A stretch of DNA of 64,000 nucleotides from Sminthopsis crassicaudata (taxonomy: Eukaryota), in contig NC_133617.1 of the NCBI RefSeq assembly GCF_048593235.1, positions 590,716,958 to 590,780,957 on the forward strand, in the 5' to 3' direction. Positions 51,353 through 64,000 of this stretch are shown here, one piece after another. The notes under the pieces were generated by a model. That model searched no databases. It saw only the letters and a program-made list of their open reading frames with translations, and was not told the DNA's origin. Made by a program: the position numbers and the translations under genes. Numbering within the stretch: the stretch's first letter is position 1; the number at the start of each line of letters is the position of its first letter.

Positions 51353-54300
51353 GGGGTAGGGGAAAGAATGAACTATATATGATCACAGATGAGGTTTCGC
51401 CTCTCTTATCCCAAACTATCTTTTCAACATGACCCTTTCTATTTGTTCCTGATTGCCACCCTACTCCCTACCAGATTCTAATGCAGTCTTCAAACAATCT
51501 AATTCTGTACACTTTTCTGTTTCTCTATCATTAGATCCCACACTAATGTGACTGCTCCCTGGTAGTCTCTCAGCTCTTTGTCAAACAGTATATAATGGAT
51601 CAATCATCACATTCGTCTATCTATATTGCAGTTTCATTCTAATCTAGTTCATTCAGTTTTATGTCTTGTTTGCTCAATTAAAATGGAAGTTTTTCAAAAG
51701 CAGCAGTCATTCCTTTTTCTCAAATTTTAAGAAAGAAATCTGTATTTTACCTTGATAATACGGTGAAATGTGTGCCCATTGTAATAACCATTTCTGCTAT
51801 GGACACAAAAGTTTTCCACTGTTTTAGGACACCTAAAAAGATATAAGTATAATGTAAGTAATTCTAAAATAATGCAAAAAGTTCTTCCTAAATAATTTTA
51901 ATTCACTGATGTCTATACAAAACCTGTAAATTATAATTTTGTTTGTTTGTTTCCAGATGATTTCAAAAGCAGCTCTGACTTGGAGAATAGAAAGTAAAAT
52001 ATCTTCTCACTCTTTTATGCTGTTGGAATAGGTTTAGTAATTGCTCCATATTCTGACAAAATATTAAAATATTCCTAGAAAAGCAATTTCATAATATTCA
52101 TTAGATGCTAAAGCCATGTTCAGAACATATTTGAAAAACTCAGATGGAGTCAAAAAAATCCTTTTAAAAATAACCTAATTACACCATCTTTATATGGTCA
52201 CAATATTTTAATTCATAGTGGTGGTGTTACTATAAAATAGGTTGTAATCAAAATCAACTTCTGACAATTTTTAAAAATAAAAACTACTATAAACAACCTT
52301 TTTAATTAACTGCATAAATGATATACCTGCATACTGGATCATAGGTAAAGCTTTCTAAAGTATATATAAATTGATTTTATAGAACATTATAGAATCATCA
52401 AATCACTTTATGTATTTTTTTAATGTATTTCTTATAAAATAAAGTATCAAGGTGAACGGAAATTTTCATCTGGGTTGTGGATGTCAGCTTTGTGGAGACT
52501 GATAAGTACATTTGAAGAAAGATTTGGGAGGAAACTTAAGTCACTTGCTATCTTTTGATTTGGGGCTGATTTTAAATCATTTTACTCAGTGGAAATGTAC
52601 TAAATTCACATAAAAGTACATACTAAATGTGCTTTTCTAAGCTCTTGACCTGCCATTTCTCACTGCTTCAACTTGTTACCCAGTGTGCAAAATGTAATTG
52701 CCTCTTTATTTAAACTTTTCCATTCTTTGATCCTTTGCTAATTTCAAAAAATTAAAAAATTCCTGAGATCATGACCCTGAAGTTATCAGAGGCTGAAAGA
52801 TCTTCACCTGGGTCAATGGGTCCTTTTGAATGTTTGATGAAGACTATGGGACCCCTGCTAAGAATAATGTTTCTAAATGCACAAAATAAAATACACGGGA
52901 TTATAAAGAAATCAGTTATAATGAAAACAGAAATATACAAATCCCAAGTTAAGAATCTCGCTTTTCCTCACCTCTCAATCAGCAACCTATTTCTACTGAA
53001 TCTATTTTCCATATTAGTTCTTGTAATTTTCCCCATAGTGACATAATCTTTATGGACTTTGCTTGAACTATTTTAATGGCCCCTAATGAATCCATTTTCA
53101 TTTTTCAGTTATGCTCTTAATTCATTCCCACAACTGCCAAAATATATTTTTTCTAAGACACAAGTTTTACTGCATCACTCAAAAAAATATAATGGTTTCT
53201 TTTGTCCTATTATGGTCAGAAAAATAACTACTTAACCAATTTAACCATAGTTTAAAAGCTTCTCATCATCTATGTATAATCTACCTCTGCAGCTTTTCTT
53301 TTCCCCTAATATTCCCTTCTCCTACAGTATGTTTTAATAAAACAAGTCTGAGTTATACTTGATTTAGAGATTATATCTCTGGTCTTTGTGTATTTGAATA
53401 AGCTATCTCCCTTGCTTGAATTGTACTCCCTCTTTAACTATATATCTGAAACTCCTTTCACGATCAGGGATCATCTTGATAGAACATTCCCAGATTTTCA
53501 CCAACCTCATTCCATTCTTTTTCCCCACTCCATTAGTTCTTTCCTCCCTCAAGTTGCCTTGAATATTTATCTAAAAGTGAGAACAATGTCATTTTCACCT
53601 TTGTACTTTATACAAAGTACACCAAAGTACTTTGTATTTAATATTTGTTGTATTGAATTAGCTTTTCCCCTTCACACCTCTCCTATAACACAATAAGCAA
53701 AAGAAATTGATAGAAATCAAGAGCCTGAGAAATTACAAGAAAGATTTTAGGACAAGATTGTGACATTCACACCTATGGTGGAACATAAAAAGTAAATACT
53801 CACCAGCCATCTTGAGTTAATTTGCCAGCTACTTATATAATTCAGGGAAAAGGGGGAAAGGTTTGTAATTGTCTGAGTACTTTTAAAATGAGAAAATGAG
53901 AATTTCCCACAGACAAGATGGTTAGTTAGTTCAACAGTACATACTAATCAGGAATATAGACCTGCTTTTGGCATTGTAGATTCACAGTTCTAAAAATATT
54001 CACATCTAAATAAATTGAATCAAAAGAATCATAGATTTAGATAGAAGACCTTTAAAGATAATTTAATCTAACCCAACCCAATCTCCTCATGGACAAGGAA
54101 CGATTTAGTAACGTGCTCAAAGTCCCAATGAGCCTAGATTTTATGACTCTTTCCATTATTACTTCCTCTCCTGTGAATATATATATACACACAACTTTCC
54201 TAGGTGTTAGAACAAAAAGAATATAATCTAACAAAGTTTTTTTTTTTAAATCTTATCAAAGAATCATAATTTTTTAACTGAAATTCTCAAGTATTCTGCA

Positions 54301-57300
54301 GAAATTACTAATTTTAAATTTGTAAATATATAAAAGCTCTTGACCTCTCTTTAAAACTCAGACTAAATAATAGGTGAAATAGATAATCTATGAAATTGAG
54401 AGAAAAAAATATTCATTGTTCCCTTATGGATCTATTTTGAGACTCACATTAATTACAGTCTATTGGCCTTGCCTTACTTCTTTTGCATTCTCCACAAGTC
54501 TGAATTAGAATCTAGAAGTCTTCAGATGCTAACTGCTCTGCAAATTCTGAATTTTCTCCATTCTGTTCTTTTTCCAATCCTGTGCCCTCCTATCAATATA
54601 TTCTGTCCATTATCATGGTGTTAAAAAGCAATTACCTGAGACATAAAGATACTTGATTTCTAACCTCACTCTTGACTTAGACAGGAGCTAGCCAGGAAAC
54701 AAGATGATTTTCTAGTCTGAACATCACTTCTATAGACCTCATCTATACAATAAGGACTTTGGAGTAAGTGATCTTTTAAGTCCTTTCTGAGGCTAATGTT
54801 TTATATGTCAACTTTTCTATTTGTACCTTCCTCCTAGTCTTTCCACATACATTCTATGTTTCAGTCAAATTGCTCATCTTTCTCCTTAAACATACAATTA
54901 TCTTCCTGCTACTTAGACTGCAACTTGCCACTATTTTTTATTAAATCACACTTGTCTCAAAACAAGCTGAAATGGCACCTTTTCCACAACTTCTTCCTCC
55001 AGACCTTGAAAGCTAGCAATAACTTCTGCTCTTCACTTTAACCCCTATAACTCTTTGATTCTAATATTTTTAATGTTACTAATTGTATTATGTTTTGTAT
55101 TATTATTTTCATATCACCAGAAAGACTAGAACTGAGTCTAAACTTTTTTATTCCCTAAAGCACCTGGACAAATGCCTTACACAAGGTAATAGTAACAGTT
55201 AACTTGGATCAAATTACTCATTTTATTTCTCTGCACCAATTAGCTATATTCTGTACATGGGCAAACATTCTGTAAATGCTTAGTGAATGAATACAATAAT
55301 TATTCTGTGTGCTTCTTTCTCTCTTCCTTAATAACTACTGTGATTTTCAAGAAATAAACCCAGCATTCTTCATATTAAAAGGCACAACACTTTAGTTGTT
55401 CTGCTACCAGAACTAGTTAATTTCATTTTCTGATCACACTGGTGATTGGAACAACTTGATTTGAATCATCTACTGTATGAATTTTTTATAAAGTAATTTC
55501 CCCTAGGCTCTGGATAACAGCATTCTGTTTTGAAATAATATTAGAAATGCCACCTAAAACCCTATACATTTTAAATTAACTAATGTCCTCCAAAATTTAT
55601 CTATGATGAAATATATTAGTACATACTCAACAGGAAAAAGCTTGATGTGAATATCCCCCATGCTTGTATGGATAATGGCACTATCAGAAACTCTTTTGGG
55701 TCCTTCAGCTTGTGTGGCTGCCATCACTTCTTCTTTAGATGGTTTCTCATTAAACACATCTCGGTCAGAATCTGCGCTTTTTGTATCTTCTGGTTCTCGC
55801 TTGGTAAACTGAAGAAAAATAATTTTCCTGTTAGCTATATATTTTTACACAAATGGTAGTTTAGCTTCACTTACCCAATGCTAAAAATCAAAAATTTTCA
55901 ATTTTATAATAATAGACAAACAATACATATTAAATATGTAGTGATCAAGATATATCATAATAAGAAAGCAACCAAAAATAACTTAAAAACCTCTCTATAT
56001 TAATATACTAAGGAAACAGTTGGCATATTACAATATTTTATATATTACTATAATTACATTAATAGGGGAAGGTTCTAAATGAAATTTAGTTCCATGGACA
56101 TACCTGCTTTATGTGGGCATTACTGTCATACTTTAGAACATATTTTGTAGAGCAGTTGTGACAAAAAAAAAAAGCCCATAAATTACTTAAAACACTTAAT
56201 AACATTATGTTTGTGATATTTTTACTAATTCTGTTAAATATTTTCCAATTACAATTTAATCTAGCACAAAAAAGCTGCTCTGGAGAGTGTTGTGGGCTGT
56301 ATGTAGGCCATGTATTTGATACTTCTCTTGTAGAGTCTTGCCTGGTCTGAATGAACCATGAAACAGCTACGGAGGGTGAAAACTTAGGCAGTCCTATATA
56401 ATTTTTTTCCTTTATGGATTCCCAAAAGGCAAAGACTGAAAATTAAATGACTATTGAGGAACTCCAAAGCATGGATGTTTCTTTCACCCCATAGCAGATG
56501 ACTAATGGAATCAGGAGAATATGAAGGGAAAGTCGCTTTATGGTCAGGGAATTCTGCTTGTGCTAAGACCATCCTGCCCTCTGTACTTTTTTAGCATCCT
56601 TTTCCTGCCTAGCCAAGTATTTAGTGTAAAGAGGTAAAGGTTGGCTAATAATCTTGACTAATTTTCTCATAGTATATAAACTGAACATATATTAAATTCA
56701 ACAGATTTACTTCTACCCTAAATAAATCTTTAAAATCCAAATGGACAATAAGACTGCTCACTGGTACACAACATTAAGACTAAAAAAAGGATGATAGGAC
56801 ATGGAAAGGTTGCACCCTCTTTATTAATGGAAAGAGTATCATAACAATGAGGTAACAGCTTCACTTCTTCACTTTAACATTTTAATTAAAAACAATTCAG
56901 CTATCAAATAGTCCTACTAAGCAGAGAGATATGGTAGTTAAAGGCATCATCAATTTGGAACACCAATTCATTTGCAACCTATTACAGAAGACAATATAAG
57001 ACGGATGACAAAATAATAAAAAGCAATGGTACCAGATCATCTTAAGATGTTAAAAGATAGAAATAAACTGAAGATAAAGTAATAAAATGGCATAGATTTG
57101 AAACTAAATTGGGAGATCAAGGGAATAATGTCAACATAGTTTATCTAGATTTCAGCTAAGTATTTGCTGAAGTTGCTCATGTTATCCTTCTGGACAAACT
57201 GAAGAAAAATGGATTAGATGCTAGAACAATTAAATGAATTCAAAACCAACAGAATGAGAGGAGCTATCCCCAGGATTTTGCACTGTATTCCGTTTAATAT

Positions 57301-60300
57301 TTTGTCAATTTGGGGGCAGCTAAGTGAACAGTGGACAGAACACCAGCCTTGAATTCAGGAGGACCTGAGTTCAAATCTGGTCTCAGACACTTAACACTAC
57401 CTAGCTGAGTGACCCTGGGCAAGTCACTTAGCCCCAGCCTCAGTGGGGAAAAAAAATTGTCAATTTTTTGATTAAAAACATATGGCACACTTCAAATTTT
57501 CAAATGACACAAAAGCTAGGAAGGTGAGAGAGAGTCAAGATTCTAAGAGATTTTTGACTGAATACAGTGCTAGTTCAAATTTATTAACAGGAAATTTAAG
57601 AAGGATAAAGTTTTACACTTAGATTTAAAAAATAGGTTTTACAGGTATAAAGATGGGAAGAAAGCATGACTCGGCAACTGTTCATCTGAATGTGATTCTG
57701 AGGTTTGAATGAACTGGAAGCTCAATGAGTCAACAGTGTGAAATAAAAATGAATGTGACTTTAGGCTGCCTAAGGAGACAGCATAGATGGAAGCTAAAAA
57801 TTTGTAGTATATCACATTAAAAATATGAGATTATGGGATTATCTCTGGGCACCACATTGAGATGGCAATCAGAACAAAAAAAAAATCTCAAACTTATGTT
57901 ATATAGGAATCAGCTTAAAGATGTAGGGATATTTAGTTTGGAGAAGAAGCTATGATGTAAGATAGAGATCAGACTTGTTTCTCTGGTCAATGAGGCCAGG
58001 ATGAGTAGCAGGTACAAGTTGCAAAATGCAGTATTTCAAGATTTATGGAATCAATTTCCTTGAGCAAGGAAAACTTTTCTAATAATTTAGAGTTAACCAA
58101 ACATGGAATAGGATGCCTTGGAAGCCATACACTAAAGATGCTCATTATACATCTTCAAGAAAAGACTGGGTAAACACTTGTTGGGTAGTTTACTAAGAAG
58201 ATTCTTGTACAGATATGAAGTGGACCACACCTTTTGTAGTCCTTCCAGCCTTGAGATGAGTCTGTCAGGAATACCACATACCATATAAAACCTATTCTTT
58301 TTGAAAGATGTACATATTATTGTTGGGTCAGCTTGGATATTCTGAAGAACAGGGTTTTCAGATGCTTTCATCTCTATAGTGGTTGCAGAGAGATGCTTCT
58401 TGGCTACTCCTTGGAACAAAGCCAATTGCATCACCCTAATATTTTCTTGCTTGCCAAGAATACGCACACACCTGTAAGAAATCAAAACATTATTTTTAAA
58501 GTAAGTTATCTCATGATATAAGAACATATATGGGCAAAAATATAGGAGCAATTATTATTTATCACAGGAAATGACTGATAAAAGGTGAAATTACCATTCT
58601 CTTTGTCACATCCTCCTAAATCAATAATTTTTTTTTTTAAAGTTCTAGGTGCTGTCACTTCCTGTTTTATAAAAAGTTCTACCTTTCAGTTGGTTGTATT
58701 TAATCTCTTTTCATCATAACTTCGCTGTAGCCCTCTAGGGTTTTTGCATTGCCAAGAACTGCAGCATAAACTATTTTATATGCAGGAATGTATAGAGTAG
58801 GATTTTTTTTTTCATAAGACATACTTTTCATTCAGTTGACAATATCTGATTGTGGCTAGTCTGCACTAACAAGTTAACTATTTGCACAAAAGGCTTCTTG
58901 TGGTTTCAAGCATTTTAACTTCTGACTTTATTTCTAGCAGGCCATAATGCTGAATTCTGTGGTTAGAATTTTGGCAATATATTACATGCAAAGTTTATTT
59001 ACAGTTTAATTTAAATCAATAAGCCAAAGACAGACTGAAGCTTGTTTTTAAAAGAAAAACAAAAAATAGAAAAGCCAGAGTCTAAAATATTAAGCATATC
59101 TTTTTACTATTGCTTTTTTACACATGTGGATGGAAAATTTTTACATGAGATTATACACATCAGAAATACCAGAAAGGGAAGTCATAATAACATTTGGTTA
59201 AGTTTAGACATTTGGTCCCAGTCCACTTGGTCTTTGTGCAAGCAAAACCTCTGTTTTCCCTGAGTAAGGATAGCATGAATAGACCCCCTTCATGTCAAAC
59301 TGCTTAAAATATGTAAAAAGGAAGTAAAATTTATATTAAGACTTACCGGTTTGTTTCTACATTTATGACTTTAATGCCCAGCATTGTTCCATAAAGTACA
59401 AAGTGCCCAGTTTCATCAAAAATTATGTTAATTAGCCTCACTGCATCCACCTTCTCCAACTCACGCTCCACTGCCATCCGCCGTCCAAATTCCATGTCTG
59501 GTAGTTGTTGTCGCATCTGCTGTAGCTCAGTAAACATCTATGAAACAAAACAACCATTTCTTATGGGATATCAATAAACAAAGAAATCTTTACTGCATGT
59601 AGCAAAGCCCTGGGCATTCACTTTTTAGGAGTCTTTGCAAGAGGTTTTCAAACAAAGCATAACCTAAGCTTTAGGGTAAATATATGCTGTGGTAGGTTTA
59701 ATATAAAAAGAGTAAGAATTGACTGGTTTACAGATAAGCATCCTGAAGCATAGCAGGCTAAAATGACCTCAAGGTGACTTAAGACAACATCCATGATAAG
59801 AGGCAATATTGGATTTGGAGTTAACAGAGAAAACAATTGCAATTCAGTTTCTGACCCTAACTGTATGATTGTGAATGTTATTTAACTTCTCTTCATCTGC
59901 AACATGGATGGATGAACAGTTTGATTACCTGCTTTATAGGTTCATTATTACATGTTGATATCTTCTCTCTTGGATGAATTAAAGTACTTTATAAAACTTA
60001 ATGTGTCATACTAATATTAGCTATTATCACTAATATTAGTAGTAGAACTTGAACTATTTCCATTTCAGAATCCAATCCACTGCTTTATATTCCCTAAAAT
60101 AAGGCCTAAACTATTTATGAATGTGGTTCAGTTATGTATTTATTTCTTTAAATAAGTTTTTAACCAGAAGTAGTAGTTACCCCTAAACCACTGCTTTTCA
60201 AGCCCTTTAGTTTGTATTGGCAGATAAAGATAGCTATCTTGGCACTACCCTTTGCCAGCTGCCCAAAGACACTATGGTCTCTGATTCACTTTTCTATCCT

Positions 60301-62726
60301 TGGCTAATCAGTGCATCACTGGACAATCTACAGCTAAAATAGCAAAGTCCCCTAATAGCTTTTTTATTGCAGCTAGAAAAATCAGGCAGAGGAAATAGAT
60401 TTTCCTTAGGGCAGACTAACATGGGATTTTAGGGTTTTTTTATTAATAGATTAATTTCAAAATTTTCTTTCCTCAATTTGCCCTTTTCTGAAAGCTGCTT
60501 CTCACACACAGAAGCAATGATAGCAAAAAAAATCTCCATCTCTTCAATGTTCAATGTCTTTTTTTCTTGCTTCCACACCCATAACTAACCATTTGGCCCC
60601 ACAAAAGCCTCCATCACTGCTTATCCACCCTACAATTAGCAAAGCATTTACTATTAGGTACTTTTCTATGGGCTTTAAGCTTTACATTGTACTGCAATAT
60701 AGTTACGTATTATAAATTCTCTAATATTCAATATGTCATTACCCCCCCATCTGTACATCTTAATTTCTTTTTAGAACAGATCTAATATTTTTTCTTTCAT
60801 AGCACTTCATAGTGGTATGAAAAAAAGATTTTGTATACATTATTTCATTTGATCCTTCAAACAACCCTGAGAAGTAAGAACTATTATTATGGTTATTTTA
60901 AAGTGAGGCTCAAGGAATTCAAGTAGTTTGCCCAGCTTTTTCATGTAGCCAGAACACAACTAAGGCAACATTCAAAGTCAAAATTTCTTGATTCCAAATC
61001 CATTATTCTATCCACTATGCCATATAACTGTTTAAACTTTAATTTTTTTTCTCTATTAGAAATTAAGTCCCTGAAAGTAGTCTTATTGAGATAAAGCAAA
61101 AATATTTCAAGTTATCAGGGAATCACTAAGGAGCAAAGGTTGCCTGGCACATTGGGGTCTGTAAGTCCTAGGTTTTGAATCACTCTCTGAAACCTATTAG
61201 CGCATAACCTCTTAAATCAGAGATCACCAGAAAGCCTCTTAACTACTCTGAGACTGTTTCCTCATCTATGAAATAGGGACAACATCTATATAGTATATAG
61301 CTCACAGGATTGATATGAGGATGAAATGTTAACAGGCAGATTATTTAGAAAATTTAAAGGGCTCCATGTAAATTGCTATTCAGATATGCTGCAGGTAGTT
61401 AGCTTAGTTTTTGACAGTTAAAGAAACAGATACCAAATGGGACAATTTGTTAAAACTGTGAAAAGTTACTTCCAGGAGAAAAAAAAAGAGAGAGAAGATT
61501 CTGCATTTCATTTGGGAGTTTTTCCAAGCATTTTCTACTAATGACTTTGTCAGGACACTCACACGAGAAACCACATTCTCCTTATTACCATTTGCAATCA
61601 GAATAAAAAAATTCTGAATAGATTAGAAAATCTGAGTTTAATTACAGAAAAGCTACCAGGTAGGGACAGCTAGTGATTCAGTGGATAGAGCAATGAGTCT
61701 GGAATCAAGAAGATCTGGTTCAAATCCAGTCTTACTAGATGTGTGGCCATGGAAAAATCTCTTAACTAAGTTTTCCTCCTTTTTCACATTAGTAAAATGA
61801 ACTGCAGAAGGAAATGTCAAACCACCCCACTATCTCTCTGTCAAGAAAATCCCAACTGGGATCAAATTGGAAATTTATCTCACTTGGAAACAAAACTCGC
61901 TCCTAGCTGACTTTAAAGTCACTTAGCCTCAGTTTCCTTATTATTTTTTTTTTAAAGGTCATTAAGGACCTTTTTATGATTCTAAAAAGATAAAAATACA
62001 GATCAGTTACTTAATAGAAAACATGTGTTCTGGCAAAGCTGGATGAGTTAACTGCTTTAAACCAATCCTGTTTTTACATTTTCTATTAAAAAATCAGAGA
62101 TGTATTTCCACAACAACCACCACCTTCTTATGGAATAATTAAAAACTTCTCACAAGTATTTTGCTAAGAAGTATAATCCCAAAGATGCTAGTAGGAAAAA
62201 TTTTTTAATGTAACCAAATCATTGACAGATGAACACATCAATTAATTGTAAAGCCAAATTAAAATTAAATGGACTTACACTTAGTGATTCATCAAAGACT
62301 CTCATGAGCTTTCCAGTCAAAAACCTGAAAATCCTAACCTTTCTATCTGAACCAATAGTAGCTATCTTCTTTCCATCAGGTGAGAAACATATACTAGTAG
62401 GATAAGCCTTACATTTTGCAAATTCATATAAGTCTGTATCAGTTTTATACTCCCAGTTGACATTTTTAGGGAATTTATATTCATGGGGAGGTCCAGTCCA
62501 ATATTCAATCATTCCAGATTTATCAGAAGACACTACAGCTTTGTAAATTGGATTTAATCGTATCTGAGTAAGGGGTGATGTATGGAGTTTATCAAAAATA
62601 TGAAGTGGTTTATTATCTCCTCGACCATCATAGATGAATATTTTTCCTGTGCTCTTCTCAGAAGCAGCAACAGAAGATATAGCATCTCCTGGGCAATAAA
62701 TCCACTCACACTGTCCAGGAAAATAG
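49220..62726 (-). CDS. PPWD1: PPWD1 (WD40 repeats + cyclophilin PPIase), partial: last 7 coding exons
   Basis: Minus-strand exons 62726-62279, 59537-59347, 58471-58282, 55808-55627, 51832-51751, 50258-50076, 49363-49220 join in frame. They read [14 protein letters not shown]...[19 protein letters not shown]...[13 protein letters not shown]...INITVK*. The 5' exons are outside the window. Confidence 0.97.
50076..50258 (-). CDS. PPWD1: PPWD1 exon (about exon 10), cyclophilin core ([28 protein letters not shown]...[12 protein letters not shown])
   Basis: atatag| acceptor, 183 nt, donor ACT|GTAAGT. Confidence 0.97.
51187..51346 (+). mobile_element. Young WSINE1 with 27-nt A tail
   Basis: ggggcagctaggtggcgcagtggacagagcaccagccttgaattcaggaggacccgagttcaaat...aaccccagcctcagg(A)27; TSD aaaa(c/a)ttaatagg. 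Confidence 0.93.
51751..51832 (-). CDS. PPWD1: PPWD1 exon (about exon 9) ([27 protein letters not shown]); not in the ORF track
   Basis: Read manually: ttttag| acceptor, 82 nt, donor AAG|GTAAAA; carries the catalytic Arg of the FHR motif. Confidence 0.96.
52795..52965. mobile_element. hAT/Charlie-type (MER5-like) non-autonomous element
   Basis: gaagactatgggacccctgctaagaataatgtttctaaatgcacaaaataaaatacacgggatta...agttaagaatc. Confidence 0.5.
53050..55300 (+). mobile_element. L2 3' fragments (about 53050-53700 and 54400-55300) with interspersed MIRs
   Basis: Pyrimidine-rich L2-type sequence ending gtaaatgcttagtgaatgaat at about 55290. Confidence 0.45.
55627..55808 (-). CDS. PPWD1: PPWD1 exon (about exon 8) ([61 protein letters not shown])
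   Basis: cttcag| acceptor, 182 nt, donor GA|GTATGT. Confidence 0.96.
56150..56345. mobile_element. hAT/Charlie-like DNA transposon relic
   Basis: ttaaatattttccaattacaatttaatct...gtgttgtgggctgtatgtaggcc..gtatttgatac. Confidence 0.4.
57080..58265 (+). mobile_element. L3/CR1 LINE: RT C-terminal part and 3' end (interrupted by WSINE1)
   Basis: Degenerate DIVYLDFSK-like (atagtttatctagatttcagc) and FADDTK-like (ttttcaaatgacacaaaagc) segments; CR1-type 3' end gtccttccagccttgagat. Confidence 0.7.
57312..57456 (+). mobile_element. Young WSINE1 with 10-bp TSD
   Basis: TSD ttgtcaattt at 57302-57311 and 57457-57466; diagnostic ccttgaattcaggaggacc and ccccagcctcag. Confidence 0.92.
58282..58471 (-). 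CDS. PPWD1: PPWD1 exon (about exon 7) ([21 protein letters not shown]...KKNRFYM)
   Basis: ttacag| acceptor, 190 nt, donor ATG|GTATGT. Confidence 0.96.
59347..59537 (-). CDS. PPWD1: PPWD1 exon (about exon 6) ([20 protein letters not shown]...NVETNR)
   Basis: tcatag| acceptor, 191 nt, donor CG|GTAAGT. Confidence 0.96.
60800..61870. mobile_element. MIR (-, about 60800-61020), MIR (+, about 61130-61370) and MAR1 (+, 61661-61865)
   Basis: atttcatttgatcc..aacaaccctgag; gtttcctcatctatgaaatag; acagctagtgattcagtggatagagc...gaaggaaatgtcaaaccac. Confidence 0.6.
62279..62726 (-). CDS. PPWD1: PPWD1 exon (about exon 5), WD40 repeats (YFPGQCEW...RVFDESLS)
   Basis: tttcag| acceptor, 448 nt, donor AGT|GTAAGT; contains ORF 62219..62533. 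Confidence 0.95.
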
Positions 62727-63916
62727 CTGAAAAAAGAAAGAATTAGGAATCAGAAAATATAATAAGTGAACACTAAAAATAACACTCCCAGAAGCTAAGA
62801 TTGTTAAATACATAGGATTTGGAATGCAAAAACACAGAAATGACAATCTGGAAGAAGAAAAAATAACACCATTAAAAGAAAGCATAATCTCCATACAATC
62901 TGCCTCAAACACAAGGTGGATAGAGACAATTTAAGGATTACAGTCCTCCCAAGAAAAAGTGACAAATCAAGAAACCTGAATACCCTGATACTAGGAAAAA
63001 AAATTAAGAAAACTGCCTAGAACTTTTGAAAACAAAACCCAAAGTGACAACTAAAGAATCCATAGTTCACTTACCCAAACAATCTCCCCCCCCCCCCAAA
63101 AAAAAAGCCAACTCCTGGGCTATAAACTCCAAAACAAAGTACTTAAATTTAATGATTCCAAAGATAAATTGTACAAGTGACCACAAAAAAGATCTTCAAA
63201 TATAGACAGGTTTTAATTAGAACAAATAATAAATCTCCTGAAGTAATCCCATATATTTGAATTCACTCTATTCAAAGACAAAATTATGTAAAATACTGTA
63301 ATCAGTACCAGTCCAATTGAAATATGCAATTCAAATAATGTGACCATTGAAGGAAATTTAATATTCACATTAAGTAGAGCCTACCTACATAAAGAAAATA
63401 AAATTGAAACACAGCTCTGGAAATAGCTGTCTCTCCTTAATCCTAACCAGACTTGTTTCCATTCTTATAAGCATCATAGAATAGAGGATTCATGGGGGAG
63501 AAGCAGAAAGAAATCTCACCATCTTCTTCATCACCACTATCAACTACCACTAATAGGCAGATAGACGTAAAAGACCTGGTAGCGATACTCCCAGACTTTT
63601 AGTAATGCTTCCAGTCCAGGTCCCACAACCATTATCCAAATCACAACCACCAAAATATAGAATTATCTATACTATGTGACTATTCTTTTTACTTCCCTTG
63701 CTGGCATATCTTTCATTTTGCTTTCAGGTTAAAATATAAGTATCCCCCAAGGCTCTGACATCGTCCCTTTTCTTTTTTCCTATACATCATCACTTTGGTG
63801 ATCTCATCTATTCATGTTTTTATTGTTACCTTTAATCAGCTAACTTCTAAATTTAAATGGTCACACTCCATTCCCCCAATTCTTTAATCCAAATTCAAAT
63901 CCCAAAACCCCTACTG

Positions 63917-64000
63917 CAGTTAAGTGACTTGCCCAGGGTCACACAGCTAGAAGTATTAAGTGTCTGAGACCATATTTGAACTCGGGTCCTCCTGAATTCA
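63917..64000 (-). mobile_element. Young WSINE1 (cut by the window edge)
   Basis: gttaagtgacttgcccagggtcacacagctag...gaactcgggtcctcctgaattca. Confidence 0.85.

Noticed and set aside
58132-58551. 139-aa minus-strand ORF as a longer PPWD1 exon
   Set aside because: Only 58282-58471 matches PPWD1 and has splice sites; the rest is read-through into intron and antisense L3.
63480-63660. Minus-strand GAA-rich segment ending in GATG|GTGAGA as an extra PPWD1 exon
   Set aside because: No polypyrimidine tract or acceptor, an in-frame stop upstream, no match to expected PPWD1 residues, and adjacent to L2-derived sequence.

Overview
Eukaryotic (marsupial, most likely dasyurid-like as judged from its WSINE1/MAR1 SINEs; species not determinable from sequence alone) genomic DNA with two convergent (tail-to-tail) intron-containing genes. 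On the + strand is the complete TRIM23/ARD1 gene (RING-B-box-coiled-coil E3 ligase fused to an ARF GTPase): 11 coding exons at 381-38945, 574 aa if the gap-hidden part of exon 5 has the expected length, starting in a CpG-island promoter with NRF1, Sp1, E2F and CCAAT motifs. On the - strand are the last 7 coding exons of PPWD1 (WD40 + cyclophilin; 62726 to 49220); its 5' exons lie beyond the right edge. All splice junctions read are GT-AG and keep the frame. The rest is transposable-element-rich intron and intergenic DNA: WSINE1, MAR1/MIR, L1 (one young, nearly open copy; one TSD-bounded, triply deleted copy; one HAL1-like copy), L2, L3/CR1 and DNA-transposon relics, plus two N gaps (23208-23364, 27895-28034). 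No prokaryotic system, CRISPR array, tRNA or rRNA gene is supported. The most interesting unexplained signals are post-transcriptional and TE-structural: an in-frame upstream AUG giving an Arg-rich N-terminal extension, several candidate poison exons or shifted splice sites in TRIM23, a duplicated decoy acceptor, a compact internally deleted L1 with both ends and TSDs, and inverted repeats placed to favour dsRNA or circRNA. Comparisons with human orthologues and repeat families are from memory, not from a database search.
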